From Candidatus Latescibacterota bacterium (GTDB lineage: Bacteria > Latescibacterota > UBA2968 > UBA8231): a DNA stretch of 64,000 nt. The notes beneath the pieces were generated by a model. That model worked only from the letters and a program-made list of their open reading frames with translations. It had not been told where the DNA came from and did not search any database. Below are positions 1 through 10,404 of this stretch, piece after piece (position 1 is the first letter of the stretch; the number at the start of each line of letters is the position of its first letter). Position numbers and translations under genes: made by a program. The stretch is taken from positions 2,912,001 through 2,976,000 of the forward strand of contig CBDETY010000003.1 in NCBI GenBank assembly GCA_965243025.1, read 5' to 3'.

Positions 1-1
1 G

Positions 2-2158
2 AACCTGCTCCTCCACAACCAGGGGGACGGAACCTTTCGGGACATCGCGGCCGAGGTCGGTCTCGATCTCGAGAACTTCTGTTCCAGCGCCGCCTTCGCC
101 GACTTCGACAACGACGGCGACCCCGACGTCTTCATTGGCCGCACCTTCGAACGCAGTCTCTACTTCGTCAACGAGGATGGGCGTTTCTACGACCGCTCAG
201 GAACCTTGGCCCTTGCCGCCCTCCCGAATTTCGTGACCTCGATCTCGGCAGCGGACTACAACGGGGACGGGCTGCTCGACGTCTACTTCTCCACCTACGC
301 CCACGACGACACATGGGACCGGCTGCGGGAGGTGCTCGAGCTGATGCCGAGGAGCCAGGCGAGAGAGCTGCTGGCGCGCCGCAGGAAAGGACATCGCTTC
401 CGCGATCACTACGGGCCGCCCAACCTGCTGCTGGTGAACCGGGGTGCCGGCCGCTTCGCCGTGGCGCTGCAGAGCAGCCAACTCGCCCTGTGGCGCAATA
501 CCTTCCAGTCGACCTGGGCGGACTACGACGGCGACGGCGACCCCGATCTCTACGCGGCCAACGACTTCGCCCCCAACAACATGCTGCGCAACGACGGCGA
601 CCGGTTCAGCGACGTCACCGCCGAGACCGGGACCGCCGACATCGGCTTCGGCATGGGGGTGAGCTGGGGGGACTACGACAACGACGGTCTGCAGGACCTG
701 TACGTCTGCAACATGTACAGCAAGGCGGGCCAGCGCATCATGGGCCAGATCCCCGGGCTCGATCCGCGCATCGTCATGCTCGCCGGGGGCAACTCGCTGT
801 TCCGCAACGAGGGCGGGCGCTTCCGCAAGGTCTCCGGCGTCGAGCCCCCCTCCCTGCTCGTCGAAAAGGTCGGCTGGGCCTGGGGAGGCCAGTTCGCCGA
901 CTTCGACAACGACGGATTCCTCGACATCTACTCCCTGTCCGGGTACTACTCCGCTCCCCCGGAGATCGCCATTCCCGAGGCGGACTTGTGAAGCTTCTTC
1001 TGGCGCACGGTCGTGCGCACCGATGAGCAGATCGCCGCGGAGCTGGACTCGACCGGGATGGTCGAACAGCGCTGGAAAGGGGGGGCCACCTCCGGCTGGT
1101 TGGAGGAGCCGGGAGGGGAGATCTCCCTTTCGATCAGCGGGTACGAGCGCAACCGCCTCTTCCTCGGCGCCGGCGGCAGTCAGTTCCGCGACCTGTCGGG
1201 AGTTTCCGGGCTCGACGCGCTGGCCGACGGCCGCGCCTTTGCCCTGACCGACTACGACCGGGACGGCTGGCAGGATGTCGCCGCGGTCAACACCAACGCC
1301 CCGCTGCTGCAACTGTTCCGCAACGACATCGCCGATCGGGGTGGCACCGGGAACACGATCGCCCTCCGTTTCTCGGGGGGCAATCACTCACCCGGGGCCT
1401 CCGCCGGCTTCGGTCCGCGCGACGGGTACGGCGCCATGGTGACGGTATCGGTGGGGGAAACGCAGCTGCTGCGGGAGCACCGCTGCGGCGAGGGGCTGGC
1501 GGCCCAGAACAGCGCCACCATGCTGGTGGGGATCGGCCGCCGGGAGGCTGCCGACGCGGTGGAGGTGCGCTGGCCCGGAGGGGCGGTGCAGCGAACCGGC
1601 CCGGTTTCAGCAGGCACCCTTCTAACGGTCTTCGAAAACCCGTCGCACTCCCCAAATGGAGAGGCCTTCGTCCCCGAGCCGTACCTGAGACCGGCCCCCG
1701 CACCGCCGGCGGGGCCGCCCCGGAAGCAGGAGGCCGGGGAATTCAGCCTTCCTTCGCCGGCCGCGAGTTCCCGAGCCGGAGCGAAACTGCGGATGTACAC
1801 CTCGACCGCCACCTGGTGCCCCTCCTGCAAGGCGAGCCTGCCGCAGCTGCAGGCTCTGCGGGATGCCTTCACCCTCGAGGAGCTGGAGATGACCGGGGTT
1901 CCCGTCGACCCCGGCGAGGGGGAGGAGAAGCTCGACGCCTACGCCGCGAAGTACCGGCCGGCCTACCGGCTGCGCACCGACCTGAGCCCGGAGCAGGCCG
2001 CCTCGTTCGGCGAGACCCTGGCGCGGACCACGGGGCTCGATGCCCTGCCTTCGACGCTGATCACCGCCGCGGACGGAACCATCCTGCTGGGGATCCCGGG
2101 GGTGCCGACGATCTCGGAGATCCGCAGTCTGCTGCGCCGCGGCCGCACCGGGGGGTGA
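2..2158 (+). CDS. FG-GAP repeat + ASPIC/UnbV (CRTAC1-like) protein with C-terminal TlpA/thioredoxin-like domain; probable selenoprotein (UGA at 989-991); 5' truncated by window edge
   Basis: The frame is open from position 2 (NLLLHNQGDGTF...ADFDNDGDPD) and has repeated DxDxDGxxD motifs. Track ORFs 206-991 and 1013-2158 are in the same frame, separated only by TGA + SFFWRTV. An ASPIC-like region (VEVRWPGG) is followed by TATWCPSC at 1805-1828. The alternative reading is two genes, <2-991 and 1013-2158. Confidence 0.8.
989..1022 (+). promoter_or_regulatory. putative bacterial SECIS element (UGA + hairpin)
   Basis: TGA at 989-991, an 11-nt spacer, then stem GCGCAC (1003-1008), loop GGTC (1009-1012) and GTGCGC (1013-1018). 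Spacing and GGUC apex match the E. coli fdhF SECIS. Confidence 0.75.
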
Positions 2159-2450
2159 TCACCTGCCGGCGAACGGCACGAAAGCAGGATCTCCTGTCCG
2201 GTGGGCGAGGGTGACGAATCGATATGAAAACCGCCGGATTTTCGATTCGACCGGCACCCGGACCGGTGGAGCGGACGCGGGGGAACGAAACGACTGCTGC
2301 GGGGGCGACCTTCTCCGAACTGGCACGGTGCTTCGGGAATCAGGGGCCCGGATGACCTCGACTGGTATCCGGCATCCGGAGCGGCCTCCCCTGCTGGCGG
2401 CAGGACAATTCGGCGCGTACTCTGTGCCTGAAACGGAAAGGAGGGGAACG

Positions 2451-3125
2451 GTGGCCGAAATCGTTCTCGAGCCGGAGCGGATTGAGGAGTTCAACCAGCA
2501 GGGATTCGTCGTCCTGCGCCGGCTGATCTCCGAAGAGATGGTCGAGGAGCTGCGGGCGGGGTACGACGAGGCCGTGGCCGGAGGTTACGACGTGCCCGGG
2601 TGGAAGATTGCGCCGGACCGGATCCTGCAGCTCGGAAACCCCAGCAAGAACATCCCCGGGTGGCGCGGCCACCCGTACATGCAGCGCATCGTCGGCGCCG
2701 GCAAACAGCTGCTGGGCGACGACCTCGAATACCGCTACGACCAGCTGATCTTCAAGCCTCCCCACAATCCGGTGGAGCTGCTCTGGCACCAGGACGCCGG
2801 GTACGGCTGGCGCGGCAAGGCAAACTACCGCAGCGGCACCTGCTGGCTGGCGCTGTCCGAGGTGACCACCGGCATGGGAGGCATGCAGTTCATCCCCGGC
2901 AGCCACCTCGAGGGGATCGCCGAGCACGTCGACGCCCGCCACAAGAACCCGATCAATGCCGCCCTCGAGGTAATGGTGGACGAAGGCCGGGCGGTGCAGG
3001 TCGAGTACGGCCCGGGAGACGCGACCATCCACCACGGGCGCACCCTGCACTACACCAGCGGCAACGGCACGGACAGGCCCCGGAGGGGGCTGTCGACCCA
3101 TCTCTGGCCGGAGCCGAACGAGTGA
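2451..3125 (+). CDS. phytanoyl-CoA dioxygenase (PhyH) family 2-oxoglutarate/Fe(II) oxygenase
   Basis: FNQQGFVVLR start, WHQD (HxD), GGMQFIPGSH and distal His in HHGRTLH. GTG start at 2451 follows the RBS GGAGGGG; the track ORF starts at 2211. Confidence 0.85.
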   Translation: MAEIVLEPERIEEFNQQGFVVLRRLISEEMVEELRAGYDEAVAGGYDVPGWKIAPDRILQLGNPSKNIPGWRGHPYMQRIVGAGKQLLGDDLEYRYDQLIFKPPHNPVELLWHQDAGYGWRGKANYRSGTCWLALSEVTTGMGGMQFIPGSHLEGIAEHVDARHKNPINAALEVMVDEGRAVQVEYGPGDATIHHGRTLHYTSGNGTDRPRRGLSTHLWPEPNE

Positions 3126-3132
3126 GGGTCTC

Positions 3133-4635
3133 GTGGCAAACCCCTTCCCCGACATCAATTCGAGGCCGCTTGCGGAGGCGACCAGGCCGTTCCACGCCGG
3201 CTCGGTCCGCCAGCTGCTGTTCGACGATTTCCTCCTGCACATGGCGGACCGCAACCACTGGGACCAGATCGCCTGGAACGTCCGCTTCTCCAACGGCCCC
3301 GTCGAAAAGTCCGACGGCCCGGTCATGGTCAGCGACGCTCCCTTCGAGCAGTCGATGGCCTGGATTTCGGTGATGCGGGAGTCGGGCGGGTACCGAATGT
3401 GGTACAACTCCGTACAGGGCGACCGCCGCGGCATGCGGGTCAGCTACGCCGAGTCGGACGACGGCCTGACCTGGCGGCGGCCGGCTCTCAACCTGCTCGA
3501 GGTCGCCGGCTGCAGCGATCACAACATCGTCTTCGAAGGGGGCCGCGACGGCAACTCCCCGGAGATGGGCGGCGTCTTCAGGGACCCCGCGGCCGAACCG
3601 GGCGAGGAGTACAAGATGGTCTACGCCGAGTGGATCGACCGCCGGCTCTTCGACGCCGGGCAGCCCTCGAACGGGGCGATGCGGGGGGCCTGCTCCGGCG
3701 ACGGCATCCACTGGCAGCGGTACCGCGAAAACTTCACCACCTACTATCCGGATTCGCAGAACGCGGCTTCCTGGGACCCGACCCTGGGCAGGTACGTCTG
3801 CTATCACCGCAGGCTGGCGGGCTTCGGCGGCCTCGACGCCGGCTCCCTGCAGGTCGAGCCGCAGCGCCGGGGGCGCTCGGTCGTGCGCCTGGAATCGGAG
3901 GATTTCCGCACCTGGTCGAACCCGGAGCCCGCCATCGTTCCCGACCTCGAGGACGGGCTCAACACCGACATCTACAACAGCGCCTACAGCCGCCACCCGG
4001 ACAACGACAACGCCCACTACGTGTTCCCGTCGTTCTACCGCCATTTCGAAGGGACCTTCGAGGTGCAGGCGCTGACAAGCCGCGACAACCGCAACTGGGC
4101 CCGCCCCTGCCGCGACACCTTCATCCCCCTCGGAGCGCCCGGGGAGTTCGACTGCTACATCGTCTCCGTCGCCCCCGGGATCGTCCCTGTCGACGGCGAC
4201 ACCTGGGCGCTTTACTACCGCTCGGGAGACGGGCCCCACGCAGGCTGCCGGCCCGTCGAGCTCGACTACGAGCCGGAGAGCAGGGTGGGACGGGTCACTT
4301 TCGGCAGGGACCGGGTGGTCGGCATCGAGGGGAGCGCCGCGGGCGGGCAGTTCTCGCTGCGGCCCCTGGCCTTCGAGGGGAGCGGGCTGGTCGTCAACGC
4401 CGGGCCGACCGGGCCCGACCCGGAAATCCGCGTGCAGCTTGTATCCTCCGAAACCCACGATCCGCTTCCCGGGTACACGTTCGAAGACTGCGAGCCGCTG
4501 CGGAGGGACGGACTGGACCAGCGGCTGCGCTGGAACGGCAGCGCGGCAATCGGGGGAGAGGTGTCCCGGGAATCGCTGCGGCTTCACTTCCGCGTCCGCT
4601 CGATGCGGATCTACGCCTTCCAGTTCGTCGACTGA
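3133..4635 (+). CDS. hypothetical five-bladed beta-propeller glycosidase-like protein (GH32/GH43/GH130-like fold)
   Basis: 500-aa ORF with Asp-box-like motifs YAESDDGLTW, SGDGIHW, SEDFRTW and SRDNRNW, plus a C-terminal beta-sandwich ending LRLHFRVRSMRIYAFQF. Confidence 0.6.
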   Translation: MANPFPDINSRPLAEATRPFHAGSVRQLLFDDFLLHMADRNHWDQIAWNVRFSNGPVEKSDGPVMVSDAPFEQSMAWISVMRESGGYRMWYNSVQGDRRGMRVSYAESDDGLTWRRPALNLLEVAGCSDHNIVFEGGRDGNSPEMGGVFRDPAAEPGEEYKMVYAEWIDRRLFDAGQPSNGAMRGACSGDGIHWQRYRENFTTYYPDSQNAASWDPTLGRYVCYHRRLAGFGGLDAGSLQVEPQRRGRSVVRLESEDFRTWSNPEPAIVPDLEDGLNTDIYNSAYSRHPDNDNAHYVFPSFYRHFEGTFEVQALTSRDNRNWARPCRDTFIPLGAPGEFDCYIVSVAPGIVPVDGDTWALYYRSGDGPHAGCRPVELDYEPESRVGRVTFGRDRVVGIEGSAAGGQFSLRPLAFEGSGLVVNAGPTGPDPEIRVQLVSSETHDPLPGYTFEDCEPLRRDGLDQRLRWNGSAAIGGEVSRESLRLHFRVRSMRIYAFQFVD

Positions 4636-4658
4636 GGATTCGCCGGATCGATATACCG

Positions 4659-6332
4659 CTACTCGGATTCGAAAGGCTCCGTGACGACCAGCACCTGATT
4701 TACCCCCACGTTTTTCAGGGTCTGGGTGATGCCACTCGGCCAGCGCAAGGTCACGCTGTCGACGAGCTCGGCCTTTCCCAGACCGAAATGCGCCCGCATG
4801 TCGTCGTGGCCAAGGTAGCTGCCGCCGCTTCTCACTTCCGCAACCTGACGCCTGCCCCCTGCGTCGATCTCGATTCTCGTTCCGACGCCGTCGCGGTTGC
4901 TGCGCGTGCCGACTGTCTCGATCAGCAGGTAGTTGTTCGAGCTGCCGCCGTCGTTGCGCAACAGGTTGGGAAAGCCGTTGAGATTGAGCACGAAGATATC
5001 GAGATCGCCGTCGTCGTCGTAATCTCCGAAGGCGGCGCCGCGGCTCACCGCTTCGATCCCCAGACCCGGGCCGGCGAGCTTCGAGACCTCGCGGAAGGTG
5101 CCGTCTCCGAGGTTCTCATACAGAAAATTCGGTTGCGCATAGCTCGCGTTGGTGTTAGGCAGGTCGGCCTCGGGATAGGTATGGCCGTTGGCGACGAAGA
5201 TATCCTTGTCGCCGTCGTTGTCGTAGTCGAAAAGGGCGGTACCCCACCCGACCTCGGGGCCACCCACAGCCGCCACTTTCGTCGAGAAGGATGCGTCGAG
5301 AAAAAACCCGGCGCCTTCATTCCGGTAGAGGGCATTGTACTGCCCCTCGAAATTGGTGACGAAGAGGTCGAGACGGCCGTCGCCGTCGTAGTCCCCCACA
5401 CCCACGCCCATGCATCCCTGCTCGGTGCCCCTGGCGCTGAATCCGAGCCCGGATCCGAGAGTTTCGTCGGAAAACGTGCCGTTCTGCCGGTTGATGAACA
5501 GCTTGTTCGGCGTCATGTCATTGGCGACGAAGACATCGGGCCAGCCGTCCTCGTTGAGGTCGACAAAGACCGCGCCGTACGAGTAGTACTTGCGGCCGGA
5601 CATGCCGACGGCGGCAGTCGCCTCGGAGAACGTGCCGTCGCCGTCATTGCGGTAGAAAACGTCAGCCTGGGGGATCATGCCGCGAGGCCCGCAGAGAGTG
5701 TCGTAGCCCTTCCAGTTGCACGGCAGCGTCGACTCGTAATCCAGTGAGAACTCGATGTAGTTGGCGACGTAGGTGTCGAGGTCGCCGTCGAGGTCGTAGT
5801 CGCCGAAGGTCACTCCGGTTCCGTACCCCCCGTCTCCCACTCCAGCCCGTTCGGTAACGTCTTTGAAGGAGGCGTTGCCCGGATTCCTGTAGAGTGTGTT
5901 GCGGCCGAAATTCGCGACGTACAGATCGAGGTGGCCGTCGTTGTCGTAGTCGGCGGCGGAGCACCCCAGGCTCCAGCTCGTATCGCCGACACCGGCGGCG
6001 GCGGTGACGTCGTCGAAGAGGCCGCCCCGATTGCGGTAGAGGTGGTTGAATGGCCTCTCTCCGGCGGGAAAGCCATGAAAGCTCGAACCGTTCACGACGT
6101 AGAGATCGATATCGCCGTCGTCGTCGTAGTCGAAGAACGCCGTCCCGCCGATCGAAGTTTCGACGATAAAAGCCTGGTCCCTGCCTGAAACGTTGCGATC
6201 GGACCCCAGTCCGATCGCTTCGGCAACATCGACGAACTCGACCGGAAAGGAGACAGAAGGACCGGCGACACCCGGCGAAAGAATACAGATCACAAGGGCG
6301 CCGGCGATTGAAGCAACTAATGCAATGGCCAT
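4659..6332 (-). CDS. CRTAC1 family protein (FG-GAP repeats + ASPIC/UnbV)
   Basis: Signal-like N-terminus MAIALVASIAG, many DYDxDGxxDxxVxN repeats, and an ASPIC/UnbV C-terminus (SNRDGVG...GGSYLG...HFGLG...RWPSG). Start moved from 6431 to avoid overlap with the divergent gene. Confidence 0.9.
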   Translation of the reverse strand: MAIALVASIAGALVICILSPGVAGPSVSFPVEFVDVAEAIGLGSDRNVSGRDQAFIVETSIGGTAFFDYDDDGDIDLYVVNGSSFHGFPAGERPFNHLYRNRGGLFDDVTAAAGVGDTSWSLGCSAADYDNDGHLDLYVANFGRNTLYRNPGNASFKDVTERAGVGDGGYGTGVTFGDYDLDGDLDTYVANYIEFSLDYESTLPCNWKGYDTLCGPRGMIPQADVFYRNDGDGTFSEATAAVGMSGRKYYSYGAVFVDLNEDGWPDVFVANDMTPNKLFINRQNGTFSDETLGSGLGFSARGTEQGCMGVGVGDYDGDGRLDLFVTNFEGQYNALYRNEGAGFFLDASFSTKVAAVGGPEVGWGTALFDYDNDGDKDIFVANGHTYPEADLPNTNASYAQPNFLYENLGDGTFREVSKLAGPGLGIEAVSRGAAFGDYDDDGDLDIFVLNLNGFPNLLRNDGGSSNNYLLIETVGTRSNRDGVGTRIEIDAGGRRQVAEVRSGGSYLGHDDMRAHFGLGKAELVDSVTLRWPSGITQTLKNVGVNQVLVVTEPFESE

Positions 6333-6404
6333 GGAGATTCGGTGGATTTTGGGGGAGGCGATCCGGTTGAAACCAGCGACGGCATCGGCTAATGTACGAA
6401 CCTT

Positions 6405-7868
6405 ATGAGTCGTCCACGCCTCTTCCCCCATGGCCTGATCGCCATCTGCGTTGCCGCGTCATGCGCTCCTGAGAAAGAGACTCCGACCGATGCGGGATTT
6501 CTCGAGGGTTGGAAGCACTACTCGAACGGGGAGTACGGCGAGGCGATCGGGATTTTCAAGCGCACCTTGGAGGAACACCCTGGAGAAATCAACACCCTCC
6601 TCTTCCTCGGCCGGTCGTACACGTTTCTCAGCAAATACGATTCCGCCCGAATTGCCATAGAGAGGGCGATCGATATCGACCCGGACGATCCACGACTGCA
6701 CGAAGCGGTGGGAATCATCCACACCGGCCTCTACACCTCCCGAGCCTACACCGACAGCCAGTCCATGCACGCCGCTGCAGCGACCGCCGCGTTCAAGAGG
6801 GCGATTGCATTCGACTCGCTTCGGCTGGGTGCTCATTACAATCTGGGTGTGGTGTACAGCTACGAAGACAGTGTTCAACTCGCGCTTCAAGCCTTCGCCG
6901 CGGCTCTGAGGTCGGACTCGACATACGCTCCCGCCCACAAGAAGCTGGGACAGTTGTATCGTCAGGGAGGTTACCTCGAGGCGGCTTTCGCGAGCTTTCG
7001 CGAGGCAGCCCGGTACGCCCCCGATGATGCCGAAGCGCACTTCGAGCTCGGACTCGCCTACCGGATCCGCGGCGACCTCGCCAACGCGGTTGCCAGCATG
7101 GAGAGAGCCACGGAGCTCAATCCGGTCGACCACAAGATGCGGCTGAACCTCGGGAATCTCTACATGCGGACAGGTCGCCGGGAGGAGGGCATGCGGCTCG
7201 TGGAGTCCGCCGAGCGCCAGCGGCGGACTCTCTCGGGGCTGCATGCTGAAATCCGGTCCCCCGCGCAGGGGGGAGCCGTGCTGGTGGGTTCTGCGAGAGA
7301 TCACTACCACATGGGCCTGTCGTACATCATGAAAGGCGAACAGCACAAGGCCATTCTCGAGTTTCGCCGGTCGATCGAGATCGAGCCCGATCGCAAGGAC
7401 CCGCATACCGGCCTCGGCATGCTCCTGCTGGAAGCGGGCAATACTTCCGAGGCAATCCCCCATCTGGAGCGGGCCGTCGAGATCGACGAAGACGATCCCA
7501 TCGCCTGGACACGCCTGGGCTGGGGGTACAAAAAGCTCAAGCGACTGATCGACGCGCGCCGCGCTTTCGAGACGGCCGCGCGGCTCGACACCAACCTCGC
7601 CGAAGCGCCGCTGAACCTGGGCCACGTGCTGTTTCGCATGGGGGACATCGAAGAATCCGTCGACCACTACCGAAGGGCCATCCGCCTGCTTCCCAACATG
7701 CCGGGAGCTCACACCAGCCTCGGAGCAGCCTATGCCCGCCTCGGCAAACTCGAGGAGGCCGCTGCTGCGTACAAGCGTGCGATTGAGCTGGATCCCGACA
7801 ACATGCGGTCCCGCCTTGCGCTCGCGGACGTGTCGCGTCGACTGCGCCCGGCCGAGGCAGGTGAATGA
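6405..7868 (+). CDS. tetratricopeptide repeat lipoprotein
   Basis: Lipobox-like VAASC and many TPR motifs (AHYNLGVVY, AHFELGLAY, AHTSLGAAY). Confidence 0.85.
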   Translation: MSRPRLFPHGLIAICVAASCAPEKETPTDAGFLEGWKHYSNGEYGEAIGIFKRTLEEHPGEINTLLFLGRSYTFLSKYDSARIAIERAIDIDPDDPRLHEAVGIIHTGLYTSRAYTDSQSMHAAAATAAFKRAIAFDSLRLGAHYNLGVVYSYEDSVQLALQAFAAALRSDSTYAPAHKKLGQLYRQGGYLEAAFASFREAARYAPDDAEAHFELGLAYRIRGDLANAVASMERATELNPVDHKMRLNLGNLYMRTGRREEGMRLVESAERQRRTLSGLHAEIRSPAQGGAVLVGSARDHYHMGLSYIMKGEQHKAILEFRRSIEIEPDRKDPHTGLGMLLLEAGNTSEAIPHLERAVEIDEDDPIAWTRLGWGYKKLKRLIDARRAFETAARLDTNLAEAPLNLGHVLFRMGDIEESVDHYRRAIRLLPNMPGAHTSLGAAYARLGKLEEAAAAYKRAIELDPDNMRSRLALADVSRRLRPAEAGE

Positions 7869-8608
7869 TCAGGTGCCTGATTGCCGTGGCGGCGGCTTCC
7901 ATATTCCCCTTCTTGCCCGCGCTCCGCAGCGCCGAATCCTCAACGGCTTCCGCCATGGCGAGCGCCGGCTCGAGGGCCGACTCCGCCGCCCATTACCTCG
8001 CCGGAGGGCGCAGGTATTTCAAGGCGCGGGCTCACTCGGAGGCGGTTGCTCAGCTGCGTCAGGCCGTCCGCCTGGCGCCGGAGTCGGCGCAAGCCCACAA
8101 CCTGCTGGGTCTGGCCTATTCCTTCAGGTTGCAGACGGGAAAGGCCATCGAACACATCGAGAGGGCCATCGCGCTGGATCCCGACAACGGCATCTTCTAC
8201 CTGAATCTCGGCAAGCAGCACATGCTGTTGGTGAACCACGACGCCGCCAGGGCAGCCTATTGGCGCGCCATGGAGCTTGGCTTGAAACAGGACATGCCGT
8301 TCTACGACCTCGGGATCATCAGCGAGCGGGAAAACAGACTCGGGGACGCCCGGGAATTCTACCGCAAGACGATCGAGACGCTTCCCGGGTTCGCCCCCGG
8401 GTATTTCCGGCTCGGGATGGTCATCGAAAAGGACGGGGACGAGATGCGGGCCCTCGAACTGTATTCACTCGCACTGAAGCTCGATCCGAATCTGACCGCG
8501 GCTCACTACCGCATCGCCCATCTCTACCTGCGTGCAGGCCGCAAAGTACTGGCCGGGATCCACCTCGACCGGTTCCGGACGCTCAAGGCTTCTGAAGCGG
8601 AACAATGA
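7865..8608 (+). CDS. secreted tetratricopeptide repeat protein
   Basis: Signal peptide and TPR motifs (AHNLLGLAY, YLNLGK, YFRLGM). Starts on the previous stop-codon region. Confidence 0.85.
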   Translation: MIRCLIAVAAASIFPFLPALRSAESSTASAMASAGSRADSAAHYLAGGRRYFKARAHSEAVAQLRQAVRLAPESAQAHNLLGLAYSFRLQTGKAIEHIERAIALDPDNGIFYLNLGKQHMLLVNHDAARAAYWRAMELGLKQDMPFYDLGIISERENRLGDAREFYRKTIETLPGFAPGYFRLGMVIEKDGDEMRALELYSLALKLDPNLTAAHYRIAHLYLRAGRKVLAGIHLDRFRTLKASEAEQ

Positions 8609-10404
8609 AACAGCGCCTGGTGCCGGTTCTCCTCTTCGCACTCGCCCTCGGGGTGCGAACCTGGTATTTCCTCGAGATCGACGACGCCCCCACTTTCACC
8701 CACCCGCCGGTCGATGGGCTGACGTACGTACAACACGCCGAGGACCTCGCCGAGGGCAACTGGCTCGGCTACGGCCGCGAGCCTTTCTGGCAACCTCCGC
8801 TCTACCCGTACGTCCTGGGTGTTTTCCGCGTCTTCTTCGGAGGCGACGGCTTCTTCTACGCTATCCGTTTTTTCCAGGCCCTGTGCGGCTCGATAACCTG
8901 CGTGCTCGTCTGGTACCTCGGGAGGCAGCTGTTCACCTCCCGGGTCGGCATCGCCGCCGCTGCGGCGGCAGCGGTTTACGGCCCTCTCATCTACTTCGAC
9001 GGCGAGATCCTGCCCGCGAGCCTGGCCACTCTTCTCGATCTGGTCGGTGTCTGCCTGCTGCTGCACTGCCTTCGCCGTCCCACCGTGCCGGGATTTCTCG
9101 GAAGCGGAGCTATCTTCGGACTCGCCTCCCTTGCTGTGGCAACCGTGCTGACCTTTGCCGCCGGAGCCGCGGTTTACACCTGGTTGAAAGTGGACTGGGG
9201 AAGACTGCTCTCACTGCGGCGGCTCGCTTGCCCGGGTGCCTTCGCCCTGGGAGTCCTTCTGGTCATCTGTCCGGTCGTGGTTCGAAACGCCGTCGTCGGC
9301 GGAGACGCCGTTCTGATCTCCTACAATGCCGGCGTGAACTTCTTCGTGGGCAACAACGAGAACTACGATGAGAGCGTTGACATCCTTCCCGGATGGGACT
9401 GGGACGAGCTCCTCGACCGGCCCCGCAAGGAGGCCGGCATCGGGCGGCCGAGCGAGCGCTCGCGCTTTTTCATGGCGCAGGCATGGGAATTCATCAGCAC
9501 CCGCCCGGCGGACTATCTCGCCCTGCTGGGGAAGAAGACGTTCCTGTTCTGGCACGGCGACGAGATCGGTCGCAACCAGGCCATCTATTTCTGGCGGAAC
9601 TACTCCGACATACTGACCGCCCTGTTGTGGAAGGGGGCGGGAGTGGCATTCCCTTTCGGGATCGCAGGCCCTCTGGCGATTCTGGGGGGATTGCTGGCGA
9701 TCCGTCGTGGAGGCTGGTCCCTGCCTTTGCTTTTCATCGCCCTGTACAGTCTCTCGGTTATCGCCTTCTTCGTCACATCGCGGTACCGCATTCCCCTCGT
9801 CCCGCTGCTTCTCATCTACGCCTGTCACGGGGGTCAGTGTTTCGCCGCCTTTCTGAAGGGGGGCCAGCGCAAGGCGTTGGCGTTCTGCGCGGCCTGCACC
9901 TGCCTCCTGCTGCTTGCATCGAACTTCAGAGTCGGCGCCATGGACCTCGAAGGAGACGCGGCCATTCATTTCAACCTCGGCCTTGCGCACACCCATGAAC
10001 GCGACCCCGATGCCGCCAGAAAGGAATACGAACTGGCCGTCGCCCGGGACCCGGCCCACTGGCAGGCCTGGTTCAACCTCGGTTCGATCAACGCTGTCCA
10101 GGGAGACCCCGAAGGGGCGATCCCCATATTCGAGCAGGTCGTGGAGGCACATCCCGATCGCGTAGTCGCCTGGATCAGCCTCGCCCGCGTGCGCAGGATT
10201 GTCGGAGACCGGGAGGGGGCGCTGCGGGCATACGAGACCGGACTTTCCGTGGACCCGGTGGCCTTCAACTACTTCGGCAGGTACGCAGAGCTGATCGAGC
10301 TCTACTTGCAGATGGGCAACCGCGAGGGCGCCGAGCGGGTCCTGGGAATTGCCATGCGCCACTTCCCCGAGGAGACGCGCCGCCTGCGCCAGTACGTGCC
10401 GTGA
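8605..10404 (+). CDS. GT39/ArnT-like integral membrane glycosyltransferase with C-terminal TPR
   Basis: Many TM helices, PxVDxxxY and QPPLYPY motifs, NFFVGNN, FFVTSRYRIP and C-terminal TPRs. ATGA overlap with the previous gene. Confidence 0.8.
   Translation: MKQRLVPVLLFALALGVRTWYFLEIDDAPTFTHPPVDGLTYVQHAEDLAEGNWLGYGREPFWQPPLYPYVLGVFRVFFGGDGFFYAIRFFQALCGSITCVLVWYLGRQLFTSRVGIAAAAAAAVYGPLIYFDGEILPASLATLLDLVGVCLLLHCLRRPTVPGFLGSGAIFGLASLAVATVLTFAAGAAVYTWLKVDWGRLLSLRRLACPGAFALGVLLVICPVVVRNAVVGGDAVLISYNAGVNFFVGNNENYDESVDILPGWDWDELLDRPRKEAGIGRPSERSRFFMAQAWEFISTRPADYLALLGKKTFLFWHGDEIGRNQAIYFWRNYSDILTALLWKGAGVAFPFGIAGPLAILGGLLAIRRGGWSLPLLFIALYSLSVIAFFVTSRYRIPLVPLLLIYACHGGQCFAAFLKGGQRKALAFCAACTCLLLLASNFRVGAMDLEGDAAIHFNLGLAHTHERDPDAARKEYELAVARDPAHWQAWFNLGSINAVQGDPEGAIPIFEQVVEAHPDRVVAWISLARVRRIVGDREGALRAYETGLSVDPVAFNYFGRYAELIELYLQMGNREGAERVLGIAMRHFPEETRRLRQYVP

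Noticed and set aside
3399-5747. Long alternative-frame and antisense ORFs (e.g. 3399-5747, 16968-19145, 20172-22970, 43255-45054)
   Set aside because: They overlap well-supported genes, lack recognisable motifs and are expected shadows in high-GC DNA.
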